64,000 nucleotides of DNA from Candidatus Gastranaerophilales bacterium (lineage in GTDB: Bacteria > Cyanobacteriota > Vampirovibrionia > Gastranaerophilales > Gastranaerophilaceae), in NCBI GenBank assembly GCA_944322665.1, contig CALUPM010000001.1:7201-71200 (forward strand). The letters run 5' to 3'. Below, piece by piece: positions 62,190 to 64,000 of this stretch. Each line of letters starts with the position of its first letter. The first letter of the stretch is position 1. The position numbers and the translations under genes are program-made. Below the pieces are notes generated by a model, which was not told the origin of the DNA, searched no databases, and saw only the letters and a program-made list of their open reading frames with translations.

Positions 62190-62218
62190 AGTACCACGAG
62201 GCTTAAAGGAGTTATAAA

Positions 62219-62581
62219 ATGACAAACAACATTTTCGCACGCACTTCACAACAAACTTCAACACAGACTATTTCAACAAAGAAAACTGAAACAGCTGAAA
62301 CAGCAGGTTCTTTAGCTATGAAATCAGAAAAAAGCTATCTTGCAATGAATTCTTATGATGCTGTAGTATTCAGTACACCTCACGTGACAAATATAGATTA
62401 TTCAAATTATTCAACAAACGAAGCAGGCGCCGCAAATTCAGGATTTCTAAGCAGTTTTGCAAATGCAGTTGCGGTAATCGGAACTGACGGGGCTGGCGGC
62501 TTTGTCGGTGCAAGCGCCGGAGGCGGATGCGCAAGTTCAGGTTCATGCGGCGGTGGCGGCGGCTTTACCTCATTTGTATAA
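62219..62581 (+). CDS. hypothetical 120-aa protein with Gly/Cys/Ser-rich C-terminus
   Basis: AAGGAG RBS. Shared promoter motif at 62159-62189 and terminator at 62641-62670. C-terminus GTDGAGGFVGASAGGGCASSGSCGGGGGFTSFV. Confidence 0.7.
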   Translation: MTNNIFARTSQQTSTQTISTKKTETAETAGSLAMKSEKSYLAMNSYDAVVFSTPHVTNIDYSNYSTNEAGAANSGFLSSFANAVAVIGTDGAGGFVGASAGGGCASSGSCGGGGGFTSFV

Positions 62582-62640
62582 GGATTAAGAAAAAGAAAAA
62601 AGGTTTATTAATAAGTGAGAAAATGTAAGAAAAATAATTC

Positions 62641-62670
62641 AAGGCGATGATTTCAGATCGCCTTTTTTAT
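62641..62670 (+). terminator. intrinsic terminator after 62219..62581
   Basis: AAGGCGAT-N8-ATCGCCTT followed by TTTT. Confidence 0.75.
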
Positions 62671-62684
62671 TGTAAATTTTTGGT

Positions 62685-62936
62685 ATGAATAAAAAGTACT
62701 ATGTCTACTTGCTCCAGACAGAAGATAATACACTATACTGCGGGTTTACCGGCAATGTAGAAAAACGCTTTGAAGCCCACAGAAGCGGTAACGGCGCAAA
62801 ATACACACGCGCTCACAAGCCTGTAAAAATCGTCTACAGCCGCGAATTTGACACAAAGTCAGAGGCTATGAAAGAAGAATACAGGATAAAACATCTTAAA
62901 AAAGCTGATAAATTAAAACTTTTCGATGGATTTTAA
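62685..62936 (+). CDS. GIY-YIG nuclease family protein (UPF0213)
   Basis: YYVYLLQTEDNTLYCGFTGNVEKRFEAHRSG...Y. Confidence 0.85.
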   Translation: MNKKYYVYLLQTEDNTLYCGFTGNVEKRFEAHRSGNGAKYTRAHKPVKIVYSREFDTKSEAMKEEYRIKHLKKADKLKLFDGF

Positions 62937-64000
62937 AGATTCTGCGGGGTCTGATTTTCTTCTGCAGATGGAGCAGTTTGAGTATTGTTGTTTTTGCGCA
63001 GTTTTCTTTCAAGACGCCGCTGTTCGCGTGCTTCCTGCCTTTCTTTTGCCTTTTGTTCTTTTTCTAATCTTTTTTGCTCTGCGTTTTGAAGAACTTCTTC
63101 AACCTTTTCAACAGCGTCGTTTTGGGAAGTTGACCCCTGAACTTTTCCCCGGAGTTCATCTTTTTTAAGTTCAAATTCCAAATCTTTGTCAAGTTCTTTT
63201 AACTTTTGCTTGAGTTCTTTTTCTAAGGCTTCAATTTGTTCTTTTTCTTCTTTTTTCTTTTGTTTTTCGTCGTATTCATCAAGATATCTGTTGTGTTTTT
63301 CTTCCTGCTCTACAATTGATTTGGGCACAACGCCCGAGCGTATCATTTTTAAGCCGTTCATACTTATCTGAACTTTATTTTCAGGGTTAAGTGAATGCAA
63401 AAGCGCGCGTTCGCCCTTTGTATCAATGCTCCAGCTTCCTAAGAAAACAGGAGTGCCGCCAGTGTAGGCAAAAGCTGCAACTGCAATTCTGTCGGGATTT
63501 GCTGCTTCAAACCCGAGAGGATAAATATCCCACCTGAAGTCGTTTAAATTGAGATTTTTGTATTCCTGCCAGTAATATGTAATAGCATCACGGATTTCGT
63601 TGAGTTTGTAAGATGTATGAGTTGAAAAGTCATACACAATTGCGTTTGTCTGCCAGATTCCGTCGTTGTTGCTTCCTATTTTTTCTTTAATCAGAAGCTT
63701 TGTGCCGTCAAGATTAAAGTCTACCGGAGTCAGCGTTCTGAATATTCCGTATTCTTCCGTTGATTTCGCGGTCGACAAAATAGGTTCCTGATCTCTGTGC
63801 ATTACGTTTGCTTTTTTTATTCTTGTAAGCGCATTTCCTTTCTGTTCAAGCGGAATTACAAAAAGGTCGCAGGTAACATTGTTTTCTTTGTGGTAATAGT
63901 AAACCGACGGGTAAACGAGTATTGTGTAATCCGGAGATACAATTCCCTGAATATTCTGCTGTCTGCGCTGCTTAAAGTTTGTATTCAGTGAAATTTCGGG
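62933..64000 (-). CDS. hypothetical protein with K/E-rich coiled-coil C-terminus; N-terminus lies beyond the right edge
   Basis: The frame of the track ORF (62933..63802) stays open through 64000 (PEISLNTNFKQRRQQNIQGIVSPDYTILVYPSVYYYHKENNV...), so the true start is outside the window. Confidence 0.6.
   Translation of the reverse strand, partial: PEISLNTNFKQRRQQNIQGIVSPDYTILVYPSVYYYHKENNVTCDLFVIPLEQKGNALTRIKKANVMHRDQEPILSTAKSTEEYGIFRTLTPVDFNLDGTKLLIKEKIGSNNDGIWQTNAIVYDFSTHTSYKLNEIRDAITYYWQEYKNLNLNDFRWDIYPLGFEAANPDRIAVAAFAYTGGTPVFLGSWSIDTKGERALLHSLNPENKVQISMNGLKMIRSGVVPKSIVEQEEKHNRYLDEYDEKQKKKEEKEQIEALEKELKQKLKELDKDLEFELKKDELRGKVQGSTSQNDAVEKVEEVLQNAEQKRLEKEQKAKERQEAREQRRLERKLRKNNNTQTAPSAEENQTPQNL

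Overview
AT-rich bacterial chromosomal window, standard genetic code: TGA, TAA and TAG all end genes. It is densely coded with about 70 genes, mostly short one- or two-gene units with readable sigma70-type promoters and hairpin terminators. Recognisable housekeeping genes: lgt, pyk, NAD-type isocitrate dehydrogenase, serS, Ski2/HelY-like helicase, rsfS, rpiB, recG, eda, csaB, tRNA-Leu(UAA), secY-rplO-rpmD-rpsE, PMM/PGM, thrB, rpsL-rpsG, wecB. Three SLH domains in one protein, CsaB, a prepilin-type pseudopilin, the Ski2-like helicase and low GC suggest a diderm of the cyanobacterial sister lineage (Melainabacteria/Vampirovibrionia-like). That placement is inference only. The most interesting signal is not a known system. 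Orphan genes scattered across the window encode low-complexity proteins: Gly-zipper, Met/Gly/Asn/Pro-rich, Gln-rich coiled-coil, EF-hand, and Gly/Cys-rich types. Seven transcription units, one apparently non-coding, carry the same non-canonical bipartite upstream motif, G[C/A]AAT-N18-TTTATATA, at a fixed distance from the start codon. Two loci are paralogous gene pairs. A further 682-aa protein has a filament-subunit-like layout behind a sigma28-like promoter. Other notable items: a kdgK with an in-frame TAG, a MITE/REP-like hairpin element in two copies, a perfect 36-bp coding tandem duplication, a candidate sRNA, long structured leaders, and several degenerate or atypical enzymes. I saw no CRISPR array, rRNA, transposase or prophage.
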